Source: Deferribacterales bacterium
Lineage (GTDB): Bacteria > Chrysiogenota > Deferribacteres > Deferribacterales > Geovibrionaceae
NCBI GenBank assembly: GCA_050253075.1
Contig: JBFWJS010000001.1
Span: forward strand, 32,001 to 96,000
Length of the DNA: 64,000 nucleotides
Direction: 5' to 3'
The notes under the pieces were generated by a model, which worked only from the letters and a program-made list of their open reading frames with translations, searched no databases and was not told the DNA's origin. Below are positions 16,995 to 27,115 of this stretch, piece after piece. Position 1 is the stretch's first letter; each line of letters begins with the position of its first letter. A program made the position numbers and the translations under genes.

Positions 16995-19217
16995 ATGGCA
17001 CTTAAAAGTATATCTCCCATGTACTTCAAAAGGCTTCATATCAAGTACGCTCTGGCGCTCAGCTTCATTGCGTGCGTGCTGCTGTCGTCCTATTTCATCA
17101 TCCAGAAGACCATTCACGACAACTATTCCGACTCTCGTGTCATAAACATAGCAGGCAGACAGCGTATGCTCAGCCAGAAGATATCAAAGGCATCCCTGAT
17201 GCTGAAACTGCTGGAAGACAAGGCACAGGTGAGCCAGGCTCTGACAGAGCTGAACGAAGCAGTAAACCTGTGGACAAGGTCTCAGGCGGCGCTACAGTAC
17301 GGCGACGACAGCATGGGCATCCCCCCGAGGGAGCTGTCGCCCGAAATACTCGCACTCTTTGACGACATCCGCCCCTACTTTACGAGGATGGTCGGCGCAG
17401 CGGAAAAGGTCTCTGTGACGAGCATCCGCACAGATATAACAGACAAAGAGAAAAAGGCGATACTGAAAGACAATATCTATGTGATACTTTCCAATGAAAA
17501 GAGCTTCCTGCCTATTATGGACAAGATAACCTTTACATTCGACAGAGAGGCAAAGGAAAAGGTATCCAAACTTGAAGATACCGAGCATATTCTGCTCATA
17601 GTCGGATTCCTTGTACTGATACTCGAGTTCATGTTCATCTTCCGCCCTTCCACAAGGGAACTGAACCTCGCCGTGAGAGACATAGTGGAAAAGCAGTCTC
17701 AGCTGAGAGAGGCGAACGAAGCTCTGGCACATGCTCTGGACGAGAGCAAGCGCCTCGAAAAGCTGGCAAACTCCGCAAACGATGCAAAGAGCACTTTCCT
17801 CGCAAACATGAGCCACGAGATACGCACCCCTATGAACTCCATACTCGGATTCGCCGAGATACTCGACGGAAAGATAGACGACCCCGTCCACAGACACTAT
17901 CTGAACAATATGATATCCAGCGGAAAGATGCTGCTGGCACTGATAAACGACATACTCGACCTGTCAAAGATCGAAGCGGGCAAGCTCAGCATAGACCTCC
18001 ACTCCGTAAACCTGCATAAGGTAACGTCAGAGATAGCCGAGGCATTCAGATACATGGCGGAGAATAAGGGGCTCGATTTCTCATTCAACATAGACTACGA
18101 CATCCCGAATGCTCTGGTGCTGGACGAGATACGTGTCCGTCAGGTGCTCTTCAATCTGCTGGGCAATGCAGTGAAATTCACAGACAAAGGGAGCGTATCC
18201 CTGAAGATATCCATACACGGATACAGCGAGCGTGAGAGTAAATACAACATACTCTTCGAAGTGGAAGACACAGGCATAGGCATCCCCGAGAGTGCAAAAG
18301 GGAAGATTTTCGACGCTTTCGAACAGCACTCGAAGCAGGACCACAGGAAATACGGCGGGACGGGGCTCGGGCTCTCCATCACAAAGAAGCTCGTCACCCT
18401 CATGAACGGCGATATATGGGTGGACAGCACTGTCGCACAGGGCTCAAAGTTCAGCTTCAGGCTGGACAACATCCCTGTGGCATCCATGATAGAGGATGAC
18501 GTGCCCACACATATCAAATATGCATTCTCCCCTGCTACGATACTCGTCGCCGACGATGTAGAGACTAACCGCGAGCTGCTGATAGAATATCTCTCCAGAC
18601 AGCCCTTCAAGGTGCTAACGGCGGCAAACGGCGCAGAGGCACTCAGCATCATAGATAAAAATAACCCTGACCTTATACTCACAGACCTGCGCATGCCCGT
18701 GATGGACGGCATGGAGCTCGCCGCAAAGCTCAAGGCATTTGAGAAAACAAAGAACATACCTGTGATCGCTGTGACTGCATCATCCATGAAGATAACTGCA
18801 TCGGAGATATCCAAACTCTTCGACGGATACCTGCAGAAGCCTGTCACGGCGGCAAAGCTCTTCCACGAACTGTCACTGCACCTGAAAGCATCGATGAGTG
18901 ACGCAGACACTGTCGACACAGGCAGCATAGACTTCGACACCATCAACGACAATAAAGAAAATATCAAAGAGATGCTCTCCATATTCACCGACAGCTTCAT
19001 GATGAATCTGAACGAACAGGCGGAGATACTCTCATACGAAGAGACCGAAAGGATAATAAAACATGTGAGATCGGCAGCCGAGCAGTATAATTGTACCGTA
19101 CTGCTGAAATGGTGCCGTGACGCAGGCGAAGCCATCGAAATGTTCGATATGGAAAGGCTGGAAAATAAGCTGAGGCAGTTCGGCGGACTGCTTGATAAGA
19201 TAAGGGAAAAATTATGA
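16995..19217 (+). CDS. Hybrid sensor histidine kinase with NarX/PilJ-type periplasmic sensor and receiver domain
   Basis: P-box-like INIAGRQRMLSQK; H-box FLANMSHEIRTP; NLLGNAVKFT, DTGIG, GGTGLGL; receiver VADD...DLRMP...KP. Confidence 0.9.
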   Translation: MALKSISPMYFKRLHIKYALALSFIACVLLSSYFIIQKTIHDNYSDSRVINIAGRQRMLSQKISKASLMLKLLEDKAQVSQALTELNEAVNLWTRSQAALQYGDDSMGIPPRELSPEILALFDDIRPYFTRMVGAAEKVSVTSIRTDITDKEKKAILKDNIYVILSNEKSFLPIMDKITFTFDREAKEKVSKLEDTEHILLIVGFLVLILEFMFIFRPSTRELNLAVRDIVEKQSQLREANEALAHALDESKRLEKLANSANDAKSTFLANMSHEIRTPMNSILGFAEILDGKIDDPVHRHYLNNMISSGKMLLALINDILDLSKIEAGKLSIDLHSVNLHKVTSEIAEAFRYMAENKGLDFSFNIDYDIPNALVLDEIRVRQVLFNLLGNAVKFTDKGSVSLKISIHGYSERESKYNILFEVEDTGIGIPESAKGKIFDAFEQHSKQDHRKYGGTGLGLSITKKLVTLMNGDIWVDSTVAQGSKFSFRLDNIPVASMIEDDVPTHIKYAFSPATILVADDVETNRELLIEYLSRQPFKVLTAANGAEALSIIDKNNPDLILTDLRMPVMDGMELAAKLKAFEKTKNIPVIAVTASSMKITASEISKLFDGYLQKPVTAAKLFHELSLHLKASMSDADTVDTGSIDFDTINDNKENIKEMLSIFTDSFMMNLNEQAEILSYEETERIIKHVRSAAEQYNCTVLLKWCRDAGEAIEMFDMERLENKLRQFGGLLDKIREKL

Positions 19218-20302
19218 TTGAGCTAAACAGACCCCAACCTAAAAATACACTGATGATTGTGGACGACGAGCCGAAGAATATTCAGCTCCTCGGCACTCTC
19301 CTCACACAGAGCGGATACAACATCATCCCCGCCACAAACGGCGTGAAAGCATTGGAAAAGCTCAATAAGGTTAAGCCGGACATCATCCTGCTGGATGTCA
19401 TGATGCCGGAGTTAGACGGATTTGAAACATGCAAAAGGATAAAGGAAAACCCCGCAACGGCAGATATCCCCGTCATTTTCCTCACCGCAAAGGTGGATAA
19501 GGACGACGTGATAAAAGGTCTCACAGCGGGAGCCGTGGACTATGTGACAAAGCCGTTTAACCACAGAGAGCTCCTCATCAGGGTGAAGAATCAGATAGAC
19601 CTGATAAACGCAAGGCACGAGCTGGAATATCAGATGAACACCACAAACGAACTGCTCCACGTGCTCTGCCACGACCTCACAAACCCCATAGGCAGCATCG
19701 CCTCCCTGCTGGAGGTGGTAAAGACTCAGGACGACTTGAACCAGATAGCCCCCATGATGACAAGCGCCGCAAATGACTGCCTCGAGATAATCACACTGGT
19801 GAAGGCGATGAGCGCAGTCGAAGTGGGCAAGACCATCCTATGCATCACAAAGGTAGACCTGCACGAGATAATCTCGTCCTCGCTCCAGACACTCTCTAAA
19901 CAGATAAAAGAGAAAGATATAGAGATAGACTTCGCAGTGCCCGAAAACACTTTTGTCATGGCGGAGAAGGTCTCGCTGAAGAACTCCATCATAAACAACC
20001 TGCTGACCAACGCAGTTAAATTCACCCACAGGGGCGGAAAGATAAGCATCTCCGCCGAACCTGCGAACGAAAATATTGTCCTGTGCATCAAAGACAGCGG
20101 GATAGGCATCCCGACGGACATCATGGACAGGATATTCCACCCCGGCAAAGCGGGCACACGCAAAGGCACAGAGGGGGAGACAGGCGTCGGCTTCGGTATG
20201 CCCGTCATAAAGAAATTCATGGAAAAATACAACGGAACCATAAGCATACGCTCCGGCATAGACGAAGGGACGGAGATAGACCTCACCTTTAAAAAATTCT
20301 GA
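19214..20302 (+). CDS. Response regulator receiver-histidine kinase hybrid
   Basis: IVDDEP, LLDVMMP, KPF; HDLTNP; NLLTNAVKF; ATGA overlap with upstream kinase. Confidence 0.9.
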   Translation: MIELNRPQPKNTLMIVDDEPKNIQLLGTLLTQSGYNIIPATNGVKALEKLNKVKPDIILLDVMMPELDGFETCKRIKENPATADIPVIFLTAKVDKDDVIKGLTAGAVDYVTKPFNHRELLIRVKNQIDLINARHELEYQMNTTNELLHVLCHDLTNPIGSIASLLEVVKTQDDLNQIAPMMTSAANDCLEIITLVKAMSAVEVGKTILCITKVDLHEIISSSLQTLSKQIKEKDIEIDFAVPENTFVMAEKVSLKNSIINNLLTNAVKFTHRGGKISISAEPANENIVLCIKDSGIGIPTDIMDRIFHPGKAGTRKGTEGETGVGFGMPVIKKFMEKYNGTISIRSGIDEGTEIDLTFKKF

Positions 20303-20303
20303 T

Positions 20304-20339
20304 AAAAAAAGCCCCTGAACATCGCTGAACAGGGGCTTT
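20304..20339. terminator. Bidirectional intrinsic terminator
   Basis: aaaaaaa-gcccctg...caggggc-ttt between convergent genes. Confidence 0.8.
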
Positions 20340-20359
20340 ATATTTTAGTTAAGTTCTGC

Positions 20360-21415
20360 TTACAGGTTTTCGTAAGCGTCCATTATCATCTTTTCAGTCG
20401 CTTCCCAGTCTACGCACTTGTCCGTGACAGACACGCCGTATTTAAGCTGAGAAAGGTCGTCAGGTATGTTCTGATTTCCTGCGTTCAAGTTGCTTTCTAT
20501 CATAACGCCCTTGATGGATTTCTGACCTGCTTTGATCTGCTTCACGACGTTTTCGAGCACTTCGCCCTGACGTTCGTGGTCTTTGTATGAGTTCGCATGG
20601 CTGCAGTCCACCATGATAGCAGGCGGCAGATGGTTGTTTGCCAGCAGTTCAACAGTCTCTTCGATATTCGCTTCGGAATAGTTCGGGCCGTCGTTTCCGC
20701 CACGCAGTACGATGTGTACGTCGGGGTTACCCTTCGTGTGCACTATCGCCGTTATCCCCTCGTAGTTGATACCGAGGAAGCTGTGTTCACGCAGGGAGGC
20801 AGCCATAGCGTCTGTAGCTATCTTCAGCCCGCCGTCCGTACCGTTCTTAAACCCGACAGGGAAAGAAAGTCCGCTCGCCATCTCTCTGTGCGTCTGCGAC
20901 TCTGTGGTTCTCGCACCGATAGCTCCCCAGCTTATCATGTCGGAGAGATACTGCGGTGTGATAGGGTCGAGCATCTCGGATGCGATAGGCAGCCCGATGT
21001 CTGTGATAGAGCAGTAAAGCTGTCTGGCGAGTCCGAGACCTTTGGATATCTGATACGTGCCGTTCAGGTCGGGGTCGTTCACCAGCCCTTTCCAGCCGAC
21101 AGTCGTACGTGGTTTTTCAAAGTATACGCGCATGATGATGAAAATCTTGTCCTTCACCTTGTCTGAGAGCCCTTTCAGCTTCTCTGCGTATTCTATTGCT
21201 GCTTTCGGATCATGTATAGAGCAGGGTCCGACAACGGCGAGGAGCCTTTTGTCTTCACCATGCAGGATAGACCTTATGGCATATCTGGATTCGTTAACGA
21301 AGAGTCCCCCGCCCTCAGGCATAGGGAAAACCTGCTTAAGGTATTGAGGTGCAATGATAGGGGTGACTTCTAAAACGTTAATGTTGTTTGTTTCGACCAT
21401 TCTGTTAGTGATCAT
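20360..21415 (-). CDS. 3-deoxy-7-phosphoheptulonate (DAHP) synthase, class I alpha (AroF/G/H type)
   Basis: GPCSIHD, RVYFEKPRTTVGWKG, IGARTTESQTHRE, DCSHANS. Confidence 0.95.
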   Translation of the reverse strand: MITNRMVETNNINVLEVTPIIAPQYLKQVFPMPEGGGLFVNESRYAIRSILHGEDKRLLAVVGPCSIHDPKAAIEYAEKLKGLSDKVKDKIFIIMRVYFEKPRTTVGWKGLVNDPDLNGTYQISKGLGLARQLYCSITDIGLPIASEMLDPITPQYLSDMISWGAIGARTTESQTHREMASGLSFPVGFKNGTDGGLKIATDAMAASLREHSFLGINYEGITAIVHTKGNPDVHIVLRGGNDGPNYSEANIEETVELLANNHLPPAIMVDCSHANSYKDHERQGEVLENVVKQIKAGQKSIKGVMIESNLNAGNQNIPDDLSQLKYGVSVTDKCVDWEATEKMIMDAYENL

Positions 21416-21554
21416 GTTAAATCTCCCTAAAACGAGTTAGGCTAAAATAACCTACACCGTTTTGAGCATTATGTCAAAACCATTAATATAATATTTATGC
21501 AAAATTATCTACTAAGAAATTAAAAAGTAGTTATATTGACTAACTACTTCTTGA

Positions 21555-21968
21555 TTACTTAGGCTCGCAGTCGCTATCAGTAATGCTTTGACACGCTTCC
21601 ATATCTTCGCCGGCTTTCGGCAGTTTAAGCACGTCATACATCACGTAGTCGTCAAACCCGCAGGATTTCACCCCGTCATAGTCTATCAGCGGTCTGCGGA
21701 TGAGTATCGGATCCTGCATCATAACCTCGATGGCTTCGTCTGCGGTATACATATCAGGCTTTACGTGCCCGCTCTTCACATCGGGAGCCTTGTCGTTGAA
21801 CCAGTCGGCAACGGGTCTGTCTCCGAAGAAGGGGCGGAGGGTTTCCTTTTTCCACGGCGTGTCCAGCAGTGAGCGTATTTCGAGCTCGAAGCCGTTCTCC
21901 ATCAGTGTCTTCTGCTGTTTGGCATTACCCGTACAGCCTGTTTTTTCATAAAATACAGCTTTCTTCAT
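21555..21968 (-). CDS. ArsC/Spx-family protein, nitrogenase-associated subtype
   Basis: FYEKTGCTGNAKQ, LRPFFG...WFN, DPILIRRPLI. Confidence 0.75.
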   Translation of the reverse strand: MKKAVFYEKTGCTGNAKQQKTLMENGFELEIRSLLDTPWKKETLRPFFGDRPVADWFNDKAPDVKSGHVKPDMYTADEAIEVMMQDPILIRRPLIDYDGVKSCGFDDYVMYDVLKLPKAGEDMEACQSITDSDCEPK

Positions 21969-22094
21969 GACTGCTCCTTTTTAGGATAATTTTTATCCAT
22001 TTTAACCCAAAAGAAGAAATAAACAAGACAGATTATTGCTTTTACGCACCTTCCCTGTTACCATGCGCCGAAAAATAAATCTGAGGATATAGAT

Positions 22095-22433
22095 ATGAGC
22101 TCACTCCCGCCATGCCCGAAATGCAACTGCGAATACACATACGAAGACAGAGGACTGTTCGTCTGCCCCGAATGCGCACACGAATGGACACAGACAGAGC
22201 AGCAGGCCGCCGATGAAGCAGGCGTCATAAAAGATGCGAACGGAAACGTACTCGCAGACGGAGACACCATCACCGTCATAAAAGACTTGAAGGTGAAGGG
22301 CACATCTCTCGTGGTGAAAGTAGGTACAAAGGTGAAGAACATCCGCCTTGTGGACGGAGACCACGACATAGACTGCAAGATAGACGGCATCGGCGCAATG
22401 AAGCTGAAGTCCGAATTCGTTAAAAAGTCTTAA
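22095..22433 (+). CDS. yjdM: Zinc-ribbon protein YjdM (PhnA-like)
   Basis: LPPCPKC...[49 protein letters not shown]. Confidence 0.92.
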   Translation: MSSLPPCPKCNCEYTYEDRGLFVCPECAHEWTQTEQQAADEAGVIKDANGNVLADGDTITVIKDLKVKGTSLVVKVGTKVKNIRLVDGDHDIDCKIDGIGAMKLKSEFVKKS

Positions 22434-23137
22434 TCGCCGATATTACCGATAACGATAGTAGCCGGATTCTCTATACTGTTTTCGCTGATGAATTCGGCTA
22501 TGTTGCCGAGTGAACACTCAAAGAGGCGTTCCTCGTCCGTATCCATCTTTTCCCCGATGAGAACCTTTACGGATGGCTCCATTCCGTTTTCTATCAGCTT
22601 TTTGGCTATCTTCGATGCGTTCTTCACGCCCATGTATATCACGATGGTCAGGCCGAGCGCTGCCATGGCCTGCCAGTTATAGGTTTCTGTTATCTCGCCG
22701 TTTTTCGGATGCCCTGTGATGAAGACCACGCCCGATGCGGAGCGTCTGTCTGTGAGAGCAGAGCGCATCTTCGCCGAGAGTGTCGCAGCGGATGTCACGC
22801 CGGGGACAATGCTCACCTGTGCGCCCATCTCCTCTGCTGCCTCTATCTCTTCTATCGATCTGGCAAAGACAGTGCTGTCGCCCCCTTTCAGTCTGGCGAC
22901 TATCTTATCCTCACCCAGATATTTTTTTATAAGTACGTTTATCTCGTCCTGACGGATGCAGTGTTTGTATGGTGTTTTGCCCACCTGCACCATCTCTTTA
23001 CCATCGGCAAATTTTAATGTATCAGGATGTAAAAGCCTGTCATACAAAACTATATCTGCACGTTTCAGTTCATTTATACCTTTAAGTGTTATCGACTCGG
23101 GTCCGAGCCCCGCACCGATTATTACCAGTTCTTTCAT
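22430..23137 (-). CDS. cobA: Uroporphyrinogen-III C-methyltransferase
   Basis: [45 protein letters not shown]. Confidence 0.85.
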   Translation of the reverse strand: MKELVIIGAGLGPESITLKGINELKRADIVLYDRLLHPDTLKFADGKEMVQVGKTPYKHCIRQDEINVLIKKYLGEDKIVARLKGGDSTVFARSIEEIEAAEEMGAQVSIVPGVTSAATLSAKMRSALTDRRSASGVVFITGHPKNGEITETYNWQAMAALGLTIVIYMGVKNASKIAKKLIENGMEPSVKVLIGEKMDTDEERLFECSLGNIAEFISENSIENPATIVIGNIGD

Positions 23138-23925
23138 CTCTTCCTCTTTGCAAACTCTGCGAAAATTCTATTAAGTTCAAGCACCTTATCAAAGGACACG
23201 CTGTTAGCCCGTGAGAACTCCTTCTCGTCCACCATCAGATATTCAGAGTCCATAGCTTTGAACACTGCTCTGGTCTCGGGCGGTTCGGGGTTCTTATTCA
23301 TAGGCCCCACCTGATAGATATATATATCAGGGTTCTTCTCCACAGCGGCCTCCATGGAGTACCTCACTATCTTGTTTTTGCTCTCTGCGATGTTCTGCCC
23401 GCCCGCTTTCCTTATGATGTCTGTGACGATGCTGTTCTGCCCCGCCACTGAAAAAGGAAGCTGCATCACCTCGTAAAGCACCGTCGGCGTTGCCTCGGGC
23501 ACCTGTATGTTTTCTATCTTGCTTCTCAGACTGCTGTTCAGCGCCTCTGCCTCGGCACGTTTGCCCATCAGAAACCCCAGCTTTGTTATCTCGTCCAGTA
23601 TTTCATCCAGAGTGATCGGATTATACTCCGCCACAGGTACCCCTACCTGCTTCATCATCTCCTCTGTGAAGAATCTGTTCGAGGGTATTATTATCAGGTC
23701 AGGCGAGAGAGACATTATCAGCTCCATGTTCGGTCTGATATGGCTCCCGACCTTCTCCGCATTGGGGAATTCGTCGACGCTCTTCGTCTTTCCCACTATC
23801 TGCGCATCGCACCCCAGCTTAGACATTATGTCCGCAGCAGCAGGAGCGAGCAATATAACCCTTTCAGCCGCAAAGGCATTAAAGGTAAAAATTAAAATGA
23901 CCGCCGCTAGCACCCACCTTAACAT
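23134..23925 (-). CDS. ABC transporter periplasmic binding protein, BtuF/Fe-siderophore class
   Basis: Signal peptide (AFA), VGSHIRPNMELIMSLSPDLII, DIIRKAGGQN; start overlaps upstream ATPase by 47 nt. Confidence 0.85.
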   Translation of the reverse strand: MLRWVLAAVILIFTFNAFAAERVILLAPAAADIMSKLGCDAQIVGKTKSVDEFPNAEKVGSHIRPNMELIMSLSPDLIIIPSNRFFTEEMMKQVGVPVAEYNPITLDEILDEITKLGFLMGKRAEAEALNSSLRSKIENIQVPEATPTVLYEVMQLPFSVAGQNSIVTDIIRKAGGQNIAESKNKIVRYSMEAAVEKNPDIYIYQVGPMNKNPEPPETRAVFKAMDSEYLMVDEKEFSRANSVSFDKVLELNRIFAEFAKRKR

Positions 23926-24586
23926 CAAACACCTCTGATATGATACGTGCCGTCACATTCTCCCTTTTCAGGTCGTACAGCACCTTACCGTCTTTCATAA
24001 ATATCAGCCTGTCGAAGAACTCCACCGCCAGATTCACATCATGGATGGATGTCACCACAGTCTTTTCATTCGCCGTCATCAGCTCCAGCATGGCCAGGCT
24101 GTGACGTATATCCAGCATAGAGACAGGCTCGTCGAAAAACTGAACCGGCGTCCCCTGATTTATCACTCTGGCGAGCATAGCACGCCTCTTTTCACCGCCG
24201 GACAGCTCGTTGAAAGGTCTGTCCTTCAGGTGATGCATATCCGCCATCTTCAGGCTGGTGCGTGTGGTCTCCTCCACATCCTCACCGCCGTCTACCCTGC
24301 CGAAGCGCACGACCTCGTAAACGGTGAACGGAAATGTCACCTCGGGCATCTGAGGCAGGAGAGCGAACATCCTCGCACGTTCGGGGTATGTCATGCTCTT
24401 CATCGGCTTGTCCATATACTTCACGTCTGCCTTGCCCAGAACGCCTGTCATCAGGTGCATCAGGGTGCTTTTCCCCGATCCGTTCTCGCCCAGCAGTGCG
24501 ACCTTTTCCCCACGCCCTATCTCAAAGGCATCTACGGAGAGGTGAAAATCGCCCCTTTTGAAGTTTATCGCCCCCGTCTTTATCAT
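23879..24586 (-). CDS. ABC importer ATPase, BtuD/FepC class
   Basis: GENGSGKS, LSGGEKRR, DEPVSMLD, SIHDVNLA; ATGA overlap gives start 24586. Confidence 0.88.
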   Translation of the reverse strand: MIKTGAINFKRGDFHLSVDAFEIGRGEKVALLGENGSGKSTLMHLMTGVLGKADVKYMDKPMKSMTYPERARMFALLPQMPEVTFPFTVYEVVRFGRVDGGEDVEETTRTSLKMADMHHLKDRPFNELSGGEKRRAMLARVINQGTPVQFFDEPVSMLDIRHSLAMLELMTANEKTVVTSIHDVNLAVEFFDRLIFMKDGKVLYDLKRENVTARIISEVFDVKVGASGGHFNFYL

Positions 24587-25536
24587 GCCCACACCTGCGC
24601 AGAGCGTTTCTTCAGCATGTATAGGAAGAAGAAGCCGCCGAGTATCGCCGTGATGATCCCCACGGGGAGCTCTGTACCGCCGGGAATGATGCTCCGTGCC
24701 ACAGCGTCGGACACCACCATCAAAAGCCCGCCGAACACAGCGGAAAAGTATATGTTCACCCGCATATCAGATCCAAAGAAGCTCCGTGCTATATGCGGGA
24801 CTATCAATCCTACGAAACCTATCAGCCCGCTGAAGCTGACAGCCACAGCCACCAGCAGCGTAGACAGCACAAAAGCCGCCATCCGCTCTGCCTTAACATT
24901 CACGCCCGATGTCTCTGCGGAGTATTCATCCATAGCCAGCAGATTCAGCCTGTTTGCTCGGATGTGGAAATATGCATAAGCCACCACGAGAACCGCCAGC
25001 CCCGAAGATATCTTCTGCCAGCTGACGATGAAGAAACCGCCCATCAGCCAGAAGACTATCGACGAGAGAGACTCCTCGAAGTAGAACTTTGTAAAACCTA
25101 TAACGGACGATGCCACGATATTCAGCACCACCCCCGCCAGTATCATCGTAACGGGGCTTATCACACGCCCCTTAGACGAAGCCAGCTTATAAACACCCAA
25201 AAGCCCCGCCAAGCCCGTAATAAGAGCAAAAGGCGAAACCAGCACCACGGGAAGCCCGAGGGCAATGGCGAGCACAGCACCCAGGGCAGCGGACGAAGCC
25301 GCACCCGTCGTAAAACTGTCCGCCAGCGGATTTTTCAGCACCAGCTGATAAACCGACCCGCTCACGCCGAGCATACCGCCTATCAAAGCGGCGAATATCA
25401 CCCGAGGCAGACGTATGGTCCAGAATATGCTGCTCTGGGCATCCGTCATGTGAAAGATGTTTATATCCGCAGCCCCTGTTACGGCACCTGCGCCGACGGC
25501 TATGAGGAGCAGTACGGCTGAAACTATCTTCATCAT
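24583..25536 (-). CDS. ABC importer permease, BtuC/FecCD class
   Basis: IRLPRV, KNPLAD, WLMG, GLIGFVGLIVPH, ELPVGIITAILGG; ATGA overlap gives start 25536. Confidence 0.9.
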   Translation of the reverse strand: MMKIVSAVLLLIAVGAGAVTGAADINIFHMTDAQSSIFWTIRLPRVIFAALIGGMLGVSGSVYQLVLKNPLADSFTTGAASSAALGAVLAIALGLPVVLVSPFALITGLAGLLGVYKLASSKGRVISPVTMILAGVVLNIVASSVIGFTKFYFEESLSSIVFWLMGGFFIVSWQKISSGLAVLVVAYAYFHIRANRLNLLAMDEYSAETSGVNVKAERMAAFVLSTLLVAVAVSFSGLIGFVGLIVPHIARSFFGSDMRVNIYFSAVFGGLLMVVSDAVARSIIPGGTELPVGIITAILGGFFFLYMLKKRSAQVWA

Positions 25537-26270
25537 GCCTCTACCCTGCTGACCACCCGATAAGCGTATGCAAAAAGCACTGCGAATATCAGCACCAGTA
25601 TCCCCACGTTTGTCCAGACATTCAGCTTTCCGCCGAGGAGCGAATACCTTATCAGCTTTGTGCTGTATGTCAGAGGGAATGCTTTTGCTATCCACTGTAC
25701 TATCACGGGCATCTTATCCACGGGATAAAACGTGCCCGACAGGAACACCATCGGTGTTATGACAAATGTATTCACGGCGAACTGGTCGCCATGATTCTTT
25801 ACCATCAGGGCTACGATGAGCCCCAGAATGGAGAATATGAAAAGGTGCAGGAACATGCTGAGGAAAAAGAGCGGAGTTATGCTCAGCTTCACCCCGATGA
25901 AGAGGCCGTAAACGGCGACTATCATCACGGGTATAAAGCCTCTGGTGACACCATAGAGCATCTCGCCCACGACAATCTCCCACCTTGCGATAGGTGCGAG
26001 GAGGTATTCGTCGAACACCTTGAAGTAAAAGCGCGAGATGTTTATCTCCGTGGATATGCCGTAGCTCTGGTTCATACTGCTCATGGCTATCAGACCGGGG
26101 ATGAGGAATGAGAGGTATCCCACTCCGTCCACATCGGAAAAGCGTCCGACGCCAAATCCGAAAGCGAGCAGAAACAGAAGCGGCGATATGGACGAAGACA
26201 TAAGTATCTTCCACCGTCTGCTCCACAGCACAAGGAATTCTCTGTAATATATCCCTTTCACACCGTTCAA
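25533..26270 (-). CDS. ABC-2 type exporter permease (NodJ/DrrB-like)
   Basis: YLSFLIPGLIAM, EYLLAPI, PMVFLSGTFYPVDKMP, PLTY. Confidence 0.88.
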   Translation of the reverse strand: MNGVKGIYYREFLVLWSRRWKILMSSSISPLLFLLAFGFGVGRFSDVDGVGYLSFLIPGLIAMSSMNQSYGISTEINISRFYFKVFDEYLLAPIARWEIVVGEMLYGVTRGFIPVMIVAVYGLFIGVKLSITPLFFLSMFLHLFIFSILGLIVALMVKNHGDQFAVNTFVITPMVFLSGTFYPVDKMPVIVQWIAKAFPLTYSTKLIRYSLLGGKLNVWTNVGILVLIFAVLFAYAYRVVSRVEA

Positions 26271-27115
26271 ACGTCTATCCTCCTGCCTGTTATCGACAGA
26301 TACACATCCTCAAGGTTCGTTTCTCTCAGCTTTGCCGTCTCTTCTATCTCGCCCAGTCTTTTCAGTGCTTCCTCTCTGGATGTGAAGAACTCCGTCTCTG
26401 TCACGTCGTTCTTTAAAATATCCAGTGCGAAGGAGCCTATCTCTTTCTTAAGCGACTGAGCCGTCCCCTCAGCGACGATCTTTGCCCTGTCGATGACTAT
26501 AACATTGTCGGAGAGCATCTCCGCCTCTTCGATATAGTGCGTTGTCAGGAAGACCGTGCAGTTCTTATTCACTTTTATATTCCGTATGAAGTCCCATATG
26601 GAGCGCCTGACAGATGCATCGAGCCCCACTGTCGGTTCGTCCAGATACAGAATGCCGGGCTCGTGGAGGAGCGCTCTGGCTATTATCAGCCTGCGCTTCA
26701 TACCACCCGAAAGCTTTCCGGCGGGTTTGTTCCTGTGTCCGCCGAGCCCTGCGAATTCCAATGATTCTTCTATTCTTTTTTCCAGATATGACCTCTCCAT
26801 ACCGAAGAGCTTCCCGTGTACTTTCAGATTCTGATACACGCTGAGGTCTCGGTCGACATTGTTATGCTGAGGCACAACGCCGATCATCCTCTTCAGGTCA
26901 TCCCTTTTGGATGTGAAGAGTTCTCCACGGTAGCGTATCTCGCCCGATGTCGGCTGGAGCAGATCCGTCAGCATGTTCACCGTGGTGGTTTTCCCCGCCC
27001 CGTTAGGGCCGAGGAACGCAAGGATACTCCCCGCATCCACGCCGAAGCTGATGTCGTCCACTGCTGCTGTTCCGCCGAATTTTTTTGTCAGGTTTGATAC
27101 TTCTATCTCTCTCAC
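26267..27115 (-). CDS. ABC-2 exporter ATPase (NodI/DrrA-like)
   Basis: GPNGAGKTT, LSGGMKRRL, LDEPTVGLD, LTTHYIEEAE, NLEDVYLSITGR. Confidence 0.9.
   Translation of the reverse strand: MREIEVSNLTKKFGGTAAVDDISFGVDAGSILAFLGPNGAGKTTTVNMLTDLLQPTSGEIRYRGELFTSKRDDLKRMIGVVPQHNNVDRDLSVYQNLKVHGKLFGMERSYLEKRIEESLEFAGLGGHRNKPAGKLSGGMKRRLIIARALLHEPGILYLDEPTVGLDASVRRSIWDFIRNIKVNKNCTVFLTTHYIEEAEMLSDNVIVIDRAKIVAEGTAQSLKKEIGSFALDILKNDVTETEFFTSREEALKRLGEIEETAKLRETNLEDVYLSITGRRIDV

Noticed and set aside
25537..25695. Long N-terminal extensions in the ORF track (btuC-like here; also cbiA, cobD, Mo subunit, yqeC, cstA, NCS2, MFS)
   Set aside because: Downstream starts with ATGA/GTGA coupling, a clear RBS or a promoter fit better; coordinates were trimmed accordingly.
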